From sequence record MK373782.1: a DNA stretch of 64,000 nt; one strand, 5' to 3'. This document shows positions 52,112 to 63,068 of the stretch, piece after piece (position 1 is the stretch's first letter; every line of letters starts with the position of its first letter). This stretch comes from Escherichia phage vB_EcoM_KAW3E185. The notes beneath the pieces are model-generated. The model saw nothing but the letters and a program-made list of their open reading frames with translations, had not been told where the DNA came from and did not search any database. The translations under genes were made by a program, and so were the position numbers.

Positions 52112-52279
52112 CTATAGTAAAAGTTGGGTTTCGTTCAATTGCTCTTCTGAACTTTCTGAAACCGGCAATTGTTGGACATAATTATAACAAGGACCAGGAT
52201 GTGCTGGACCTTTGTCTGTTTCAACAACCAATGCAGAATCGATTGGAGTTTTACAGACAACACAAATCTTATCTGACAT
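52112..52279 (-). CDS. 55-aa Cys-containing protein (uvsY.-2-like by position), below ORF-track cutoff
   Basis: Hand translation MSDKICVVCKTPIDSALVVETDKGPAHPGPCYNYVQQLPVSESSEEQLNETQLLL; AGGAGG Shine-Dalgarno 5 nt upstream. Confidence 0.6.
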   Translation of the reverse strand: MSDKICVVCKTPIDSALVVETDKGPAHPGPCYNYVQQLPVSESSEEQLNETQLLL

Positions 52280-52311
52280 GATTGCCTCCTAAGTTGAAAT
52301 TACATATCTAT

Positions 52312-52536
52312 TTATACAACTCTCATATGCATATCAATGCCCATATCTTTAGAATAAAAATATTCATCAAGATATCCGGCAAATTTTCCTTTAATATAAA
52401 GGACGTCTTCACCACACGGGTGGTCTGCCAGGATACGAATATCCTGACGACGTAGACGATACTTTTCCATTAAGAATTTAATTTCAGTTTCAAATTCTTC
52501 GTCATTATTAAAGGCATCTTCAATTGAATAACGCAT
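52312..52536 (-). CDS. uvsY.-1-like protein
   Basis: 74 aa ORF immediately downstream of uvsY. Confidence 0.65.
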   Translation of the reverse strand: MRYSIEDAFNNDEEFETEIKFLMEKYRLRRQDIRILADHPCGEDVLYIKGKFAGYLDEYFYSKDMGIDMHMRVV

Positions 52537-52949
52537 TATTGCCCCGCTTCAAATTCTCGCATATCCTGGATATGTTTAAGTGCAAAACTACGAGACTTAA
52601 CTGCGTCAAGTGCACCACTACAGAACTCAAGTAAAATTCCCCAGTATTGTAAAGTAGTCTCTATTTTAAGCACATCTTTATCTGCAGCCAGGACAGTTTT
52701 CATTTCAGATTTCTCGTATCGGTCCATACTGAATTCATCACCGTCACCTCGTCCCGAGTAGTAGTCTAATCTTGCTTTTAGAGCAGTTTTCTTCTGAGTC
52801 TCTATACGCAACATTTCTTTACGAATAAATGAGTGCTTACGTAGCCATTTGCTGTATAACTTAACATTATTCGCCGTCTCATATTGCAACTTTGACATAT
52901 CAATAGCTAAGTCTGCGTCTAACTCTTCCTGTAAATCTTCCAGCTTCAT
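52536..52949 (-). CDS. uvsY: UvsY recombination mediator
   Basis: 137 aa; LQYETANNV...RLDYYSGRGDGDEFSMDRYEKSEMKTVL nearly identical to T4 UvsY. Confidence 0.97.
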   Translation of the reverse strand: MKLEDLQEELDADLAIDMSKLQYETANNVKLYSKWLRKHSFIRKEMLRIETQKKTALKARLDYYSGRGDGDEFSMDRYEKSEMKTVLAADKDVLKIETTLQYWGILLEFCSGALDAVKSRSFALKHIQDMREFEAGQ

Positions 52950-52999
52950 AATATTCTCTCATTAACTAATAATCTCCCGGCTGTATCGGAAGGACCTAA

Positions 53000-53030
53000 A
53001 ACCATTATACATAGGTCGCCTTGAAGCATT
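53000..53030 (-). promoter_or_regulatory. MotA-dependent middle promoter of uvsY (oriF-like region in T4)
   Basis: Minus strand aaTGCTTCA, 12 bp, TATAAT. Confidence 0.7.
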
Positions 53031-53427
53031 ACACTCTATTGCTTGACGCTAACTGAAGTTTAATTTGTTCAATATCGTCAGGGTTGTCTACGACTGAAAA
53101 TCTAATCTCTACTATAACCGTATAGTCATCATATACTGGCGTTACACTTACAGAAAGTTTGTCGATGCGTGGCTCATAGTTACGAACAGCTGCCTGGATA
53201 TTACGCTCAATCGTATCGGCTGTAAGTGGTGTCATGTTCTCGAAAAGTTCGTCGACCAAATCGCATCCAAATTCAGGGTCGAAGGGGCGTGAGCCTTTTC
53301 TAGTTGTCACTATGCCAAGAAGACTATTTTTAATAGAACGAAGTCCTACAGAACGAGCAACGTCCTTGTTCCAATCCATACGCATTTCTGGGTCGATATC
53401 TGAATAAAGTTTATTGATATTAGACAT
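53029..53427 (-). CDS. 25: gp25 baseplate wedge
   Basis: 132 aa; near-identical to T4 gp25 (NINKLYSDIDPEM...IKLQLASSNRV). Confidence 0.97.
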   Translation of the reverse strand: MSNINKLYSDIDPEMRMDWNKDVARSVGLRSIKNSLLGIVTTRKGSRPFDPEFGCDLVDELFENMTPLTADTIERNIQAAVRNYEPRIDKLSVSVTPVYDDYTVIVEIRFSVVDNPDDIEQIKLQLASSNRV

Positions 53428-54053
53428 TATAATAACTCAAAGAATTCTTTGAGGCCTCGTATTGTGTGAACGTGTGACGCCCCACATTTGGGACATTTAA
53501 TAGGGGTTGCCAGATAAATTGATGGCGACACCAAAAGATTTTTAATATTGATCATGTCATCTTCTGTTATAAGGCCGTAAAGGTCGTTTATTTCTGCTTC
53601 AGTTAAATCTTCAACAGGGATGGACTCTCCATTGACAAAAACGGCCTCAATACATGAAGCAATCATTAATGCGATATTTTTATCGTCAAATAATTTAGGT
53701 TGACGGAACTTAATTTTAATACCACTAAACGAATACCAGGGATCGGCCTGTTCATCTAATTGAGTGTGCAATAAATTCATATAGACTTGAAATGAATGCC
53801 CACAGGAACAATTCCAGGTGTGTTCTTGATTCACTTCACCTAACGAATGTGCCCACAGATTTACCAACAATAGCTCGGCTTCTTGTTTAGTCAAGTTTTT
53901 AGCGTTAGAGCAATTAGTGATAATATTGTTCACTGCTGATTCAATAGTACCGGTAGCCCGTGCACCTATGAGTCCTAAATATTCTTTTAAAGTAAAGGCT
54001 CTACAATTCACTTCTTTATCGCCTAAACGTACGGTAAACGTATATTTGTACAT
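53427..54053 (-). CDS. 26: gp26 baseplate hub
   Basis: 208 aa, same as T4 gp26. Confidence 0.9.
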   Translation of the reverse strand: MYKYTFTVRLGDKEVNCRAFTLKEYLGLIGARATGTIESAVNNIITNCSNAKNLTKQEAELLLVNLWAHSLGEVNQEHTWNCSCGHSFQVYMNLLHTQLDEQADPWYSFSGIKIKFRQPKLFDDKNIALMIASCIEAVFVNGESIPVEDLTEAEINDLYGLITEDDMINIKNLLVSPSIYLATPIKCPKCGASHVHTIRGLKEFFELL

Positions 54054-54071
54054 GTTAACTCCTTTATTGTG

Positions 54072-54083
54072 TATTTATAAATA
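54072..54083. promoter_or_regulatory. Palindromic bidirectional late promoter TATTTATAAATA (genes 26 and 51)
   Basis: Contains TATAAATA on both strands in the 47-bp divergent gap. Confidence 0.7.
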
Positions 54084-54100
54084 ATAGAAAAGGAGTAATT

Positions 54101-54853
54101 ATGGCTAATATAATTCGTTGTAAATTACCGGATGGTGTTCATCGTTTCAAGCCGTTCACCGTGGCGGATTATAGAGACTTTTTACTAGTTAGAAATGATA
54201 TTGAACATCGTTCGCCACAAGAACAAAAAGAAATAATTGCCGATCTGATTGATGATTATTTTGGCGAGTACCCTAAAACATGGCAACCATTTATATTCCT
54301 GCAAGTTTTTGCAGGCTCTATAGGCAAAACAAAAGTTCCCGTTATTTTCACTTGCCCTAAATGCTCTAAAGAAAAAACTGCACCATTTGAGATATATCAA
54401 AAAGAACTAGTCGAACCTGAACTTGATGTTGCTGGTATAAAAATACGTTTTTCTTTCCCTGAAAAGTTTTATGACAACAAAGCATTAATGATAAGTGAAA
54501 ACATAAAAGAAATATATTATAATGATGAATGGTACCCATGGAATGATTTGACTGAAGAGAACCAAATCCAAGTAATAGAAGCAATAGACATTGACTCGCT
54601 CGAGAAGGTTATTGCTTCTATGAACCCTATTAATTTGACCCTTAGATTAGGTTGTTGTGAACGTCATGTTAAAACATATACTGATATCTTAGAGGTTTTT
54701 AAATTGTTAGTTAACCCTGATGAGATTTTTACATTCTATCAGATAAACCATTCACTAGTAAAGAGTCAATACACATTGGATTCTATTATGCAAATGATTC
54801 CTGTTGAACGTGGTATTGCTTTAACATTAGTAGAAAAGGACCATAAAAAATGA
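54101..54853 (+). CDS. 51: gp51 baseplate hub assembly catalyst
   Basis: 250 aa; T4 order. Confidence 0.9.
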   Translation: MANIIRCKLPDGVHRFKPFTVADYRDFLLVRNDIEHRSPQEQKEIIADLIDDYFGEYPKTWQPFIFLQVFAGSIGKTKVPVIFTCPKCSKEKTAPFEIYQKELVEPELDVAGIKIRFSFPEKFYDNKALMISENIKEIYYNDEWYPWNDLTEENQIQVIEAIDIDSLEKVIASMNPINLTLRLGCCERHVKTYTDILEVFKLLVNPDEIFTFYQINHSLVKSQYTLDSIMQMIPVERGIALTLVEKDHKK

Positions 54854-56022
54854 CAGTATTCCAACGTCCAGGATATCCTAACTTAAGCGTTAAATTATAC
54901 CAAGATTATTCGGCTTGGCAAGAAAATAGATACGTTGAACTCGCGGCAACAATAACAACTTTAACCATGCGAGATTCGCTATATGGAAGAAATGAAGGGA
55001 TTCTTCAATTTTATGACACTAAAAACATCCACACTAAAATGGACGGTAGACAGATAGTTCAAATCTCTGTTTCAAATTCAAACACACCTCTCCAAGTTAG
55101 AACTCGAATTTATGGATGTAGACATTATTCTGTGTCTGTGGACTCAAAAGGTGACAATATTATTGCAATTGAGCTTGGAACAATACATTCTATAGAGAAC
55201 CTTAAATTTGGGCGGCCATTCTTCCCAGACGCAGGCGAATCTATACGTGAAATGTTAGGTGTCATATACAAAGACCGCGCGTTAATTACTCCGCCAATAA
55301 ACACTATTAATGCTTATGTTCCTGATATCCCTTGGACAAGCACATTTGATGATTATTTGGCATATGTCAGAGAATTAGGACTTGCTACAGCGAGTGATAA
55401 GTTCGTATTCGTATGGCAAGATATTTTAGGCGTAAACATGATTGACTACGATACTCTTATTGGTCAGGAAGGCATTAAGATGATTGTAGGCGAGCCAAAT
55501 ACTGTAGGTCAGTATATTCAAGAGCTTGAGTATCCATTAGTATGGGATTTCACCTGGATGACTAAAGCTAACCAATTTACAAGAGACCCTATTAAAAACG
55601 CCACGATATTCGCTCATTCATTTTTAGATACATCTATTCCGGTTATTGTTACAGGCGATGGTGATAATGCTATTCTTGTGTCAAGATCCGGTGGATATTC
55701 CGAAATGACCTATCGTAATGGATTTGAAGAAGCAAGTCGTCTTCAGACAATGGCTCAATATGACGGATATGCTAAATGCACTACTACAGGTAATTTTAAC
55801 ATAACGCCTGCTACTAAAATTATATTTGTTGACCAAAAGAACCAATTCAAATCCGAATTTTACGTGGATGAAGTTATTCATGAGTTATCAAATAACAACT
55901 CACAAACTCATCTGTACATGTTTACCAACTCAATGGTGTTAGAACCTGTTAACCCAGTTAAGGTTAAAAATGAACTTAAATCTGATTCTACCTCTAAAGA
56001 AAATAATTCTACCACAGTCTAA
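54850..56022 (+). CDS. 27: gp27 baseplate hub
   Basis: 390 aa; T4 order. Confidence 0.95.
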   Translation: MTVFQRPGYPNLSVKLYQDYSAWQENRYVELAATITTLTMRDSLYGRNEGILQFYDTKNIHTKMDGRQIVQISVSNSNTPLQVRTRIYGCRHYSVSVDSKGDNIIAIELGTIHSIENLKFGRPFFPDAGESIREMLGVIYKDRALITPPINTINAYVPDIPWTSTFDDYLAYVRELGLATASDKFVFVWQDILGVNMIDYDTLIGQEGIKMIVGEPNTVGQYIQELEYPLVWDFTWMTKANQFTRDPIKNATIFAHSFLDTSIPVIVTGDGDNAILVSRSGGYSEMTYRNGFEEASRLQTMAQYDGYAKCTTTGNFNITPATKIIFVDQKNQFKSEFYVDEVIHELSNNNSQTHLYMFTNSMVLEPVNPVKVKNELKSDSTSKENNSTTV

Positions 56023-56503
56023 TAAAAAGGTAATGATTCCCAAATTAGGGCTCAAACATTATAATCTTTTAAAGGACGTTAAAGGTCCTGACGAAAACAT
56101 GAAAATCTTAGCTGATTCTATTTGTAAAAATATGAGTCCCGCAGATTTTGATTTTGCATGTCTACACATATTGGAATTTAATAACAAACTTAAGTCTGAA
56201 GTTGAAAAAGATGGATTCACTTATAAACTAGATGACGTCTATGTATGCCAACGAACAGAATTCCAATTTCAAGGTAATACTTTTTATTTTAGACCACCAG
56301 GCAAATTTGAACAATTCGCTACAATCAGTGAAATGCTATCAAATTGCTTAATAAAAGTTAATGACGAAGAGAAAGAAATTTCTTTCCTTGAGATGCCTGC
56401 TTTTGTAATCAAATGGGCAGAAGACCTTTCGACAACTATTGCTATTCCAGGCCCTAATGGTCCTATTAAGGGTATAGCAGAAATTATTGGATTGCTTGAA
56501 TGA
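55970..56503 (+). CDS. 28: gp28 baseplate hub distal subunit (start 55970 or 56033)
   Basis: 177 aa as in T4; overlaps gene 27 by 53 nt if the upstream start is used. Confidence 0.85.
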   Translation: MNLNLILPLKKIILPQSNKKVMIPKLGLKHYNLLKDVKGPDENMKILADSICKNMSPADFDFACLHILEFNNKLKSEVEKDGFTYKLDDVYVCQRTEFQFQGNTFYFRPPGKFEQFATISEMLSNCLIKVNDEEKEISFLEMPAFVIKWAEDLSTTIAIPGPNGPIKGIAEIIGLLE

Positions 56504-58272
56504 AACCTGAAGAAATGAAATCCATGCGTAGAAATAAGGTCATTGCCGATAATAAACCACAAAAAGTAGCTGCAACAGCAGCTACCGATTCATTAGAAGC
56601 ATTGAATGACATTTCATCAAAACTAGACGATGTCCAAGCCGCGTCTGAACTCACATCACAAAGTGTAGAAGATAAAGGCAATGGAATCATTGAATCAATT
56701 GGAGACTTAAAGAATTCGACAGATAATACTGCTGAAGGCACAGAGCTTATCGCAGAAGTTATTGAAAAACAAACTGAAGTCACTAAAAGTATAAACGAAG
56801 TTTCTAGTGCAATAAGCTCTAAGTTAGACCGATTAGCTACATTATTAGAGCAAAAATTACAAACATCTACCGCTATTCAAAATACAGGAGGCACCTCTCT
56901 TGAAGTAATTGAGAACGCAATACCTGTTAAAGTGGTTGAGAATGAAACTTCTGATGAGTTGTTTAAAGCATTACCTACACCTGAAAAGATTGATAATAAG
57001 CCAGACGAAGATTTCTTCCCGGCCCCGGTTCAAGAAAGTGCTAATTCTACTTCCGATTCTAAAGGCGGAATTAGCTTTAAATTGAGCGATAAAATTGCAA
57101 TGCTCACCAAAACAGTTCAAACCGGGTTTAATAAATCAATATCAATTTCAGACAGAATTGCTGGAATGCTTTTCAAATACACTATAACAGCTGCTATTGA
57201 AGCAGCAAAAATGGCCGCACTTATTCTTGGTATTGTTATCGGTATTGATTTATTGATAGTCCATTTCAAATATTGGACAGACAAGTTCACTTCTGCCTGG
57301 GATTTATTTGATGAAAACTTTACTAAATTCTCCGATGAAGCTAAAGAGTGGGGTAAATTCTTAAGTGATATATTCACTTCTATTGACTCTATAAAACAAT
57401 TGTGGGAAGCTGGAGACTGGGGTGGTTTAACCGTTGCTATTGTCAAAGGTGTAGGAACAGCATTAATGAACTTAGGTGAACTAATTCAATTAGGAATGGC
57501 TAAACTCTCTGCGTCTATATTGCGTGCTATAGGTTTTGGCGATACCGCGGACGAAATAGAAGGACGTGCTTTAGAAGGATTCCAAGAAACTACTGGGAAC
57601 AAATTAAAGAAAGAAGACCAAGAGAAAGTCGCTAAATATCAAATGAAGCGTGACGATGGGGAATTAGGAACCGTTTCTAAAGGTCTTGATATGTTACAAC
57701 GCGGCAAAACATTCGTTACTAACTGGGTTCGTGGTAATGACAATAAAGAAGAGTTTAGTACAAGCGATGAGCGTGCTGCGGAATCAGCAAAATTAAAAGA
57801 GTTACCTGAAGAGGAACGTAAAGAGGCATACATAAAAGCGAATGAAACTCGTGCGGCACTGGTTAGATTTGAGGATTATATCGATAAAATCGATATGACT
57901 AATCCGGAAAATGCTAAAAACGTCGAGAAGTCTTATGCTGATTTAAGTAAACTTATTAAAGACCCTGAACTTAATAAAACTCCTGTTGTTAAAAAGGAAA
58001 TAGATGCTAGATTTGAAAAGCTAAATAATAAAATGGCTGAAGCCAAAAAGGCTCAGACAACAGTTAAGCCTGAATCTTCGACTAAATCTCCGGAAGCAAA
58101 ACAAGTTCAGTCAATAGAGAAAGGACGTGCTTCTGAATCTAAACAACAGCAACCGGTAGCGGCGATTAGTAACACAAATAATGTCGTCAAAAAGAATACC
58201 GTAGTCCAGAATATGAACCCTGTAACAAGTACAACGGCTCCTGGAATTTTCCATGCCACCGGTGTTAATTAA
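56500..58272 (+). CDS. 29: gp29 tail tape measure / hub protein
   Basis: 590 aa, same as T4 gp29. Confidence 0.95.
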   Translation: MKPEEMKSMRRNKVIADNKPQKVAATAATDSLEALNDISSKLDDVQAASELTSQSVEDKGNGIIESIGDLKNSTDNTAEGTELIAEVIEKQTEVTKSINEVSSAISSKLDRLATLLEQKLQTSTAIQNTGGTSLEVIENAIPVKVVENETSDELFKALPTPEKIDNKPDEDFFPAPVQESANSTSDSKGGISFKLSDKIAMLTKTVQTGFNKSISISDRIAGMLFKYTITAAIEAAKMAALILGIVIGIDLLIVHFKYWTDKFTSAWDLFDENFTKFSDEAKEWGKFLSDIFTSIDSIKQLWEAGDWGGLTVAIVKGVGTALMNLGELIQLGMAKLSASILRAIGFGDTADEIEGRALEGFQETTGNKLKKEDQEKVAKYQMKRDDGELGTVSKGLDMLQRGKTFVTNWVRGNDNKEEFSTSDERAAESAKLKELPEEERKEAYIKANETRAALVRFEDYIDKIDMTNPENAKNVEKSYADLSKLIKDPELNKTPVVKKEIDARFEKLNNKMAEAKKAQTTVKPESSTKSPEAKQVQSIEKGRASESKQQQPVAAISNTNNVVKKNTVVQNMNPVTSTTAPGIFHATGVN

Positions 58273-58280
58273 GGATTATT

Positions 58281-59390
58281 ATGATTAGTGTAAAAGAAAT
58301 AGTAGTAGATGCAAAGGATTTAAATAAAGCAATCCCAGTATCAGAAAGTGCTGGGCAAAGCACTAAAACCGAAACAACTACTAAAACTTATGTTGCTCAA
58401 TTTCCTACAGGAAGAGCAGCCGGAAATGACTCCACAGGAGACTTCCAGGTAACAGACCTTTATAAGAATGGATTATTATTTACCGCGTACAATATGTCTG
58501 CACGCGATTCAGGATCCCTCAGGAATTTACGTCCGGCGTATGCCGGGACTTCATCTAATGGTATCATATCAGATTTAACTGATAATGTGAAAGATGCAGT
58601 GACTAAATTCTCTAATGGGTTGCTTCCTGCCGGAGCTAATAAATCTACTATAAATAAAACTCCTGTTGCTAATATACTTTTGCCACGTTCCAAATCTGAC
58701 GTTGATACAACTTCACATCGTTTTAATGATATCGGTGATAGCCTTATTACTAAAGGTGGAGGTACTGCTACAGGTGTTTTAAGTAACATTGCTTCTACTG
58801 CAGTCTTTGGTGCATTAGATTCTATTACTCAAGGGCTTATGGCTGATAATAACGAACAGATTTATACGACTTCTCGTAGTATGTATGGCGGTGCTGAGAA
58901 CCGTACTAAAGTCTTTACATGGGATTTAACTCCACGTTCAACTGAAGACCTTATGGCTATTATAAACATTTACCAGTATTTTAACTATTTCTCATATGGT
59001 GAGACCGGTAAATCACAGTACGCCCAAGAGATTAAAAGTTATTTAGACGAATGGTATCGTTCAACGTTTATTGAGCCTATGACGCCAGATGATGCAGTAA
59101 AAAATAAGACATTGTTTGAAAAGATTACTGCGTCATTAACAAACGTATTAGTTGTAAGCAACCCTACAATTTGGATGGTTAAAAACTTTGGTTATACGTC
59201 TAAATTTGATGGATTAACTGACGTATTTGGTCCATGCCAAATTCAAAGCGTACGTTTTGATAAAACTCCAAATGGACAATTTAATGGTCTTGCTGTTGCT
59301 CCTAACTTACCATCAACATTTACGTTAGAGATAACAATGCGAGAAATTATTACATTAAACCGTTCTTCACTTTATGCGGGGACTTTCTAA
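58281..59390 (+). CDS. 48: gp48 baseplate tail tube cap
   Basis: 369 aa; T4 order. Confidence 0.9.
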   Translation: MISVKEIVVDAKDLNKAIPVSESAGQSTKTETTTKTYVAQFPTGRAAGNDSTGDFQVTDLYKNGLLFTAYNMSARDSGSLRNLRPAYAGTSSNGIISDLTDNVKDAVTKFSNGLLPAGANKSTINKTPVANILLPRSKSDVDTTSHRFNDIGDSLITKGGGTATGVLSNIASTAVFGALDSITQGLMADNNEQIYTTSRSMYGGAENRTKVFTWDLTPRSTEDLMAIINIYQYFNYFSYGETGKSQYAQEIKSYLDEWYRSTFIEPMTPDDAVKNKTLFEKITASLTNVLVVSNPTIWMVKNFGYTSKFDGLTDVFGPCQIQSVRFDKTPNGQFNGLAVAPNLPSTFTLEITMREIITLNRSSLYAGTF

Positions 59391-60352
59391 TGTACTCTTT
59401 AGAAGAATTTAATAACCAAGCTATAAATGCAGATTTCCAACGAAACAATATGTTTAGTTGTGTATTTGCTACTACACCATCAACCAAATCGTCTTCACTA
59501 ATTTCGTCAATTGGTAGTTTTGCTTATAATAACTTAGGGTTGGATTCAGATTGGCTAGGATTGTCTCAAGGTGATATCAATCAGGGCGTAACAACCCTGA
59601 TTACAGCAGGAACACAGAAATTAATTCGAAAATCGGGTGCAAGTAAATATCTGATTGGAGCAATGAGTCAACGTACGGTACAAAGCTTGTTAGGTGAGTT
59701 CACAGTAGGAACTTATCTGATAGACTTCTTCAATATGGCATATAATAATACAGGTTTAATGATTTATTCTGTAAAAATGCCTGAGAACCGATTATCTTAT
59801 GAAACGGACTTCAACTATAACTCCCCGAACATCCGAATTACCGGCCGTGAAATGGACCCGTTAGTAATAAGCTTTAGAATGGATTCTGAAGCATCTAACT
59901 TTAGAGCAATGCAAGACTGGGTAAACTCGGTCCAAGACCCTGTAACAGGTCTTCGCGCTTTACCACAAGACGTCGAAGCAGATATTCAGGTTAATTTACA
60001 CGCACGAAATGGTTTACCACATACCGCTGTCATGTTCACAGGATGTATTCCTGTTAGTGTCTCTTCTCCTGAGTTAACGTATGATGGTGATAATCAGATA
60101 ACAGTTTTTGATGTAACATTTGCTTATCGCGTTATGCAATCAGGTGCTGTAAATAGACAGGCTGCTTTAGAATGGCTGGAATCAGGACTTATTAGTAGTG
60201 TTTCAGGAATGTTTGGAAATAATCAGAATGATTCTGGACTAGGAAGTGCAGTATCAAGACTTTCTAGATTAGGTGGGACTGCTGGTGGTGTGTCTAATAT
60301 AAACACATTGACAGGTGTTGTGAATTCTGCGTCAAGAGTTTTAGGACTATAA
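59390..60352 (+). CDS. 54: gp54 baseplate tail tube initiator
   Basis: 320 aa, same as T4 gp54. Confidence 0.9.
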   Translation: MYSLEEFNNQAINADFQRNNMFSCVFATTPSTKSSSLISSIGSFAYNNLGLDSDWLGLSQGDINQGVTTLITAGTQKLIRKSGASKYLIGAMSQRTVQSLLGEFTVGTYLIDFFNMAYNNTGLMIYSVKMPENRLSYETDFNYNSPNIRITGREMDPLVISFRMDSEASNFRAMQDWVNSVQDPVTGLRALPQDVEADIQVNLHARNGLPHTAVMFTGCIPVSVSSPELTYDGDNQITVFDVTFAYRVMQSGAVNRQAALEWLESGLISSVSGMFGNNQNDSGLGSAVSRLSRLGGTAGGVSNINTLTGVVNSASRVLGL

Positions 60353-60358
60353 GAAAAA

Positions 60359-60378
60359 GGGAGACGTTGTCTCCCTTT
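60359..60378. terminator. Bidirectional terminator after gene 54
   Basis: GGGAGAC-GTT-GTCTCCC followed by TTTAGTGGTTT. Confidence 0.65.
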
Positions 60379-60384
60379 AGTGGT

Positions 60385-60678
60385 TTATTTACGGAATGAA
60401 AGGAATGCTGGTGCTCGGAATGGAGTATCATCTTTAGAGTATTTAACTAATACGACCATTGGTACCTCTGTTTCTAAATGACCTGTCAGCACACCGATAA
60501 AAATTTGATCAGTGTGCTCAGGGTCACGAAAGTTTTTAAGAGGTTCCATAGCAATATGGAATGCACCTGGGAATACTCGATTCAATTCGTCAATCACAGC
60601 TTCGTTAAAAACATCATCCGCTGGGATAGCATCTTCAACTACTAGCTCTTGACCATTAAAGCGAAGCATAGATTTCAT
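60385..60678 (-). CDS. alt.-1-like small protein
   Basis: 97 aa from internal ATG MKSMLRF with GAGGAAA Shine-Dalgarno; PeSL cassette upstream. Confidence 0.6.
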   Translation of the reverse strand: MKSMLRFNGQELVVEDAIPADDVFNEAVIDELNRVFPGAFHIAMEPLKNFRDPEHTDQIFIGVLTGHLETEVPMVVLVKYSKDDTPFRAPAFLSFRK

Positions 60679-60679
60679 A

Positions 60680-60736
60680 ACGTTTTCCTCATGTTGTTGA
60701 TGGGATGATAGTATCACACATCCGTGTGTTTGTAAA
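60680..60736 (-). promoter_or_regulatory. Early promoter with stem-loop (PeSL-like)
   Basis: GTTTACA, 17 bp, TACTAT; spacer palindrome CACACGGATGTGTG. Confidence 0.5.
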
Positions 60737-62824
60737 CTATCCTTGGACAAATTTAAATGGAACTGATTCTAAATCCATTAAAGATGCTAACAATTTCAAA
60801 CCTTTAGGTGCACTAGTTTTTTCTACAAATGAGGCAAAAGATACCGGCTCATCTGATTCGATTTCACCCGTCATAGCAACTACCTCGCCTGTTTCCATGA
60901 GAACATCACCATCGTAAATGACAGCTTCGTCCAACTGGTCCGAGGACATGACTTCAGCTTGAATAAATTTAAGGTTGGATTCTAAACCTGCACCAGTGTC
61001 AGATGACGCATCTGTAATTTTATTTATCTGCAAGAGAATGCCTCTAGGCAAAATAATTTCTTGCTCATTAGGGTGATTACTCAACTGTCCGGGATAAATC
61101 ACGTTAACTTTATGAGCGCCATCAATAGCCCATCCAACATTAACACGAATTTGTTCTGGCGCATGCATAGCGGTACGTGCCAGGCTAGGAGAAATAGTAA
61201 CACCTTCGTCATTATTGTCAATGTTAAGCTCTTTGCGAACTTCTTCAGGAGCAAGTCCAAGGGCAACGTTCTCTTTAAACCCACCAAAAATAATAGGAGC
61301 TAATGAAGTAGAAACATAGTTTCTGAAGTAGAATACCTTATTTTTAACCATTGCTTCGTAAATAGGCATTCTGATAGACTGGGCTCTATACAACGTTAGT
61401 CCTTCAGGTAAACGGTCTCCATTTAAAAACGCCGAATCAAGACCATCAATAGCGCGTTTAACTTCATCTTCATCTGCAACATCATAAAAATCCGGTTTAT
61501 AACGGCCTAACAACATATTATTGATATCGGTATACGCAGAAGAGGCATATTCGCGAATAGCTCGTTTTTCAGCAACAGAGTATTGTTTAGGGTCCCGATT
61601 CATTGTTATATTAAAGGTGCCTCTAGCCGATTCTCGTGCATAAGTATACATCACATTAGACAAGAACGCTGATTTACGTTGTTTCCAAGTTTTTTCAGAT
61701 ACTTCAGCTAAAACATCGTCGGCCAGTTGGAAATTATCACGTCTAAAATCTTCAAACCATTCGTCTTTAATAGAGTCCGCAATTTCGTTTGCAGCTTCAA
61801 CAAAAGCAGCTAATGCTTTAACAGATGTTGTTTTTTCAGTTTTAATTTTCTTAGCAAACTTTTCTAAAGTTGGCTTAATAACACTACCATAAGAAACTTC
61901 ATCAGCAAATCTAAAGGATTCATCAATACGATTATAAATCTTATTTTCGATATCAGCAACTAAAGTGCCTTTTGCTGTGGATGATGCTTGGGCTAGTACG
62001 ATTTCATATGCTTCAGGAAGTAATTCGGCTGTAGCCGGGCCACTAACTTCTTTAGCAGAATTTTCGTATTTCTGGAATAACTCACCTTCTTGGCGGTCAG
62101 CTTCTAAAGATTGGCTTGCGGCAATAGCACGACGAGAAATTTTAGTACGAGCAATAACAGGCTTATCTTTACGTTTTTCTTCTACAGCAGCAATAGAACC
62201 AGCGATAGCCGTTTCTTTGGTGACTTTTTCGCCGGTCTTTTTACTCACATAAACTTCGCCAACATCAGAATCTACTTTCGTGTACAACTCTGTGTTAATG
62301 TTAGGGATGCCTTTAATATCTTCAATGTTGGCATTTTTACGAACCATCATCACATAGGTGTGTTTACCTGTGAATTGATACATTGCCGACAATACTTTAA
62401 AACGACCACCGGTTTTAGTAGAAACTAAACGAGCAAGAAGAGTTTGAAGCTGTTGTCCACGTCCTTTCAATTTCTTGGTAGGGAATCGGAACAGAACTGC
62501 ATCCATACGAAGAGCTTTAACTTGTTCATATACTGTATTGAAAATGGTGTTGATTGCATCAATAGGAGCAGGACCAAGGCCATTTTTCAATTCAGCGAGA
62601 TTACCCTTTTCAGACAGACTCATAATAACAACATGAGCGTATTTGTCGCCAAGTTTAACTTGTTTTACAGCGTCGCCTTCGGAAAGGTAAGAGAATAAAC
62701 GAACTACAATATTTGTATCGATATCACCAATTTTCCAGACTTGTGGAACTTTAGCTTTAGGGTTCAAATTGACGACAGGAAGACTGCCTTCAGATTCAAA
62801 CACTTCATTTAATTGTTCAGACAT
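60737..62824 (-). CDS. alt: Alt ADP-ribosyltransferase (capsid-packaged, injected)
   Basis: 695 aa; mono-ADP-ribosyltransferase-like region (RGTFNITMNRD...YASSAYTDINNMLLGRY); T4 order. Confidence 0.85.
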   Translation of the reverse strand: MSEQLNEVFESEGSLPVVNLNPKAKVPQVWKIGDIDTNIVVRLFSYLSEGDAVKQVKLGDKYAHVVIMSLSEKGNLAELKNGLGPAPIDAINTIFNTVYEQVKALRMDAVLFRFPTKKLKGRGQQLQTLLARLVSTKTGGRFKVLSAMYQFTGKHTYVMMVRKNANIEDIKGIPNINTELYTKVDSDVGEVYVSKKTGEKVTKETAIAGSIAAVEEKRKDKPVIARTKISRRAIAASQSLEADRQEGELFQKYENSAKEVSGPATAELLPEAYEIVLAQASSTAKGTLVADIENKIYNRIDESFRFADEVSYGSVIKPTLEKFAKKIKTEKTTSVKALAAFVEAANEIADSIKDEWFEDFRRDNFQLADDVLAEVSEKTWKQRKSAFLSNVMYTYARESARGTFNITMNRDPKQYSVAEKRAIREYASSAYTDINNMLLGRYKPDFYDVADEDEVKRAIDGLDSAFLNGDRLPEGLTLYRAQSIRMPIYEAMVKNKVFYFRNYVSTSLAPIIFGGFKENVALGLAPEEVRKELNIDNNDEGVTISPSLARTAMHAPEQIRVNVGWAIDGAHKVNVIYPGQLSNHPNEQEIILPRGILLQINKITDASSDTGAGLESNLKFIQAEVMSSDQLDEAVIYDGDVLMETGEVVAMTGEIESDEPVSFASFVEKTSAPKGLKLLASLMDLESVPFKFVQG

Positions 62825-62864
62825 AGTGTTTTCCTTTTAGTAATAATTTATATTTATGCCAAAA

Positions 62865-62880
62865 AGAGCCCGAAGGCTCT
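62865..62880 (-). terminator. Terminator hairpin
   Basis: Minus strand AGAGCC-TTCG-GGCTCT followed by TTTTTGGCATA, the same tail as the 7954 and 8497 terminators. Confidence 0.55.
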
Positions 62881-63068
62881 TAATCCACAATCGGAAGCAA
62901 AGTACGATAAACTTCAAAATTAGAGCCTTTTTCGTACTTATCGAAATTGTCCATAAAAATATGATAGGAATCGTTATTAGGAAAATCTAATATAATCTGA
63001 GAGCAAGAGGTGGAAACATCTCCACCATCCTTCTTAGCTACAATAACTGTTTCTAAATAAGCTTTCAT
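62880..63068 (-). CDS. Hypothetical small protein (30.x-like by position)
   Basis: 62 aa from internal ATG overlapping the ligase stop. Confidence 0.45.
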   Translation of the reverse strand: MKAYLETVIVAKKDGGDVSTSCSQIILDFPNNDSYHIFMDNFDKYEKGSNFEVYRTLLPIVD

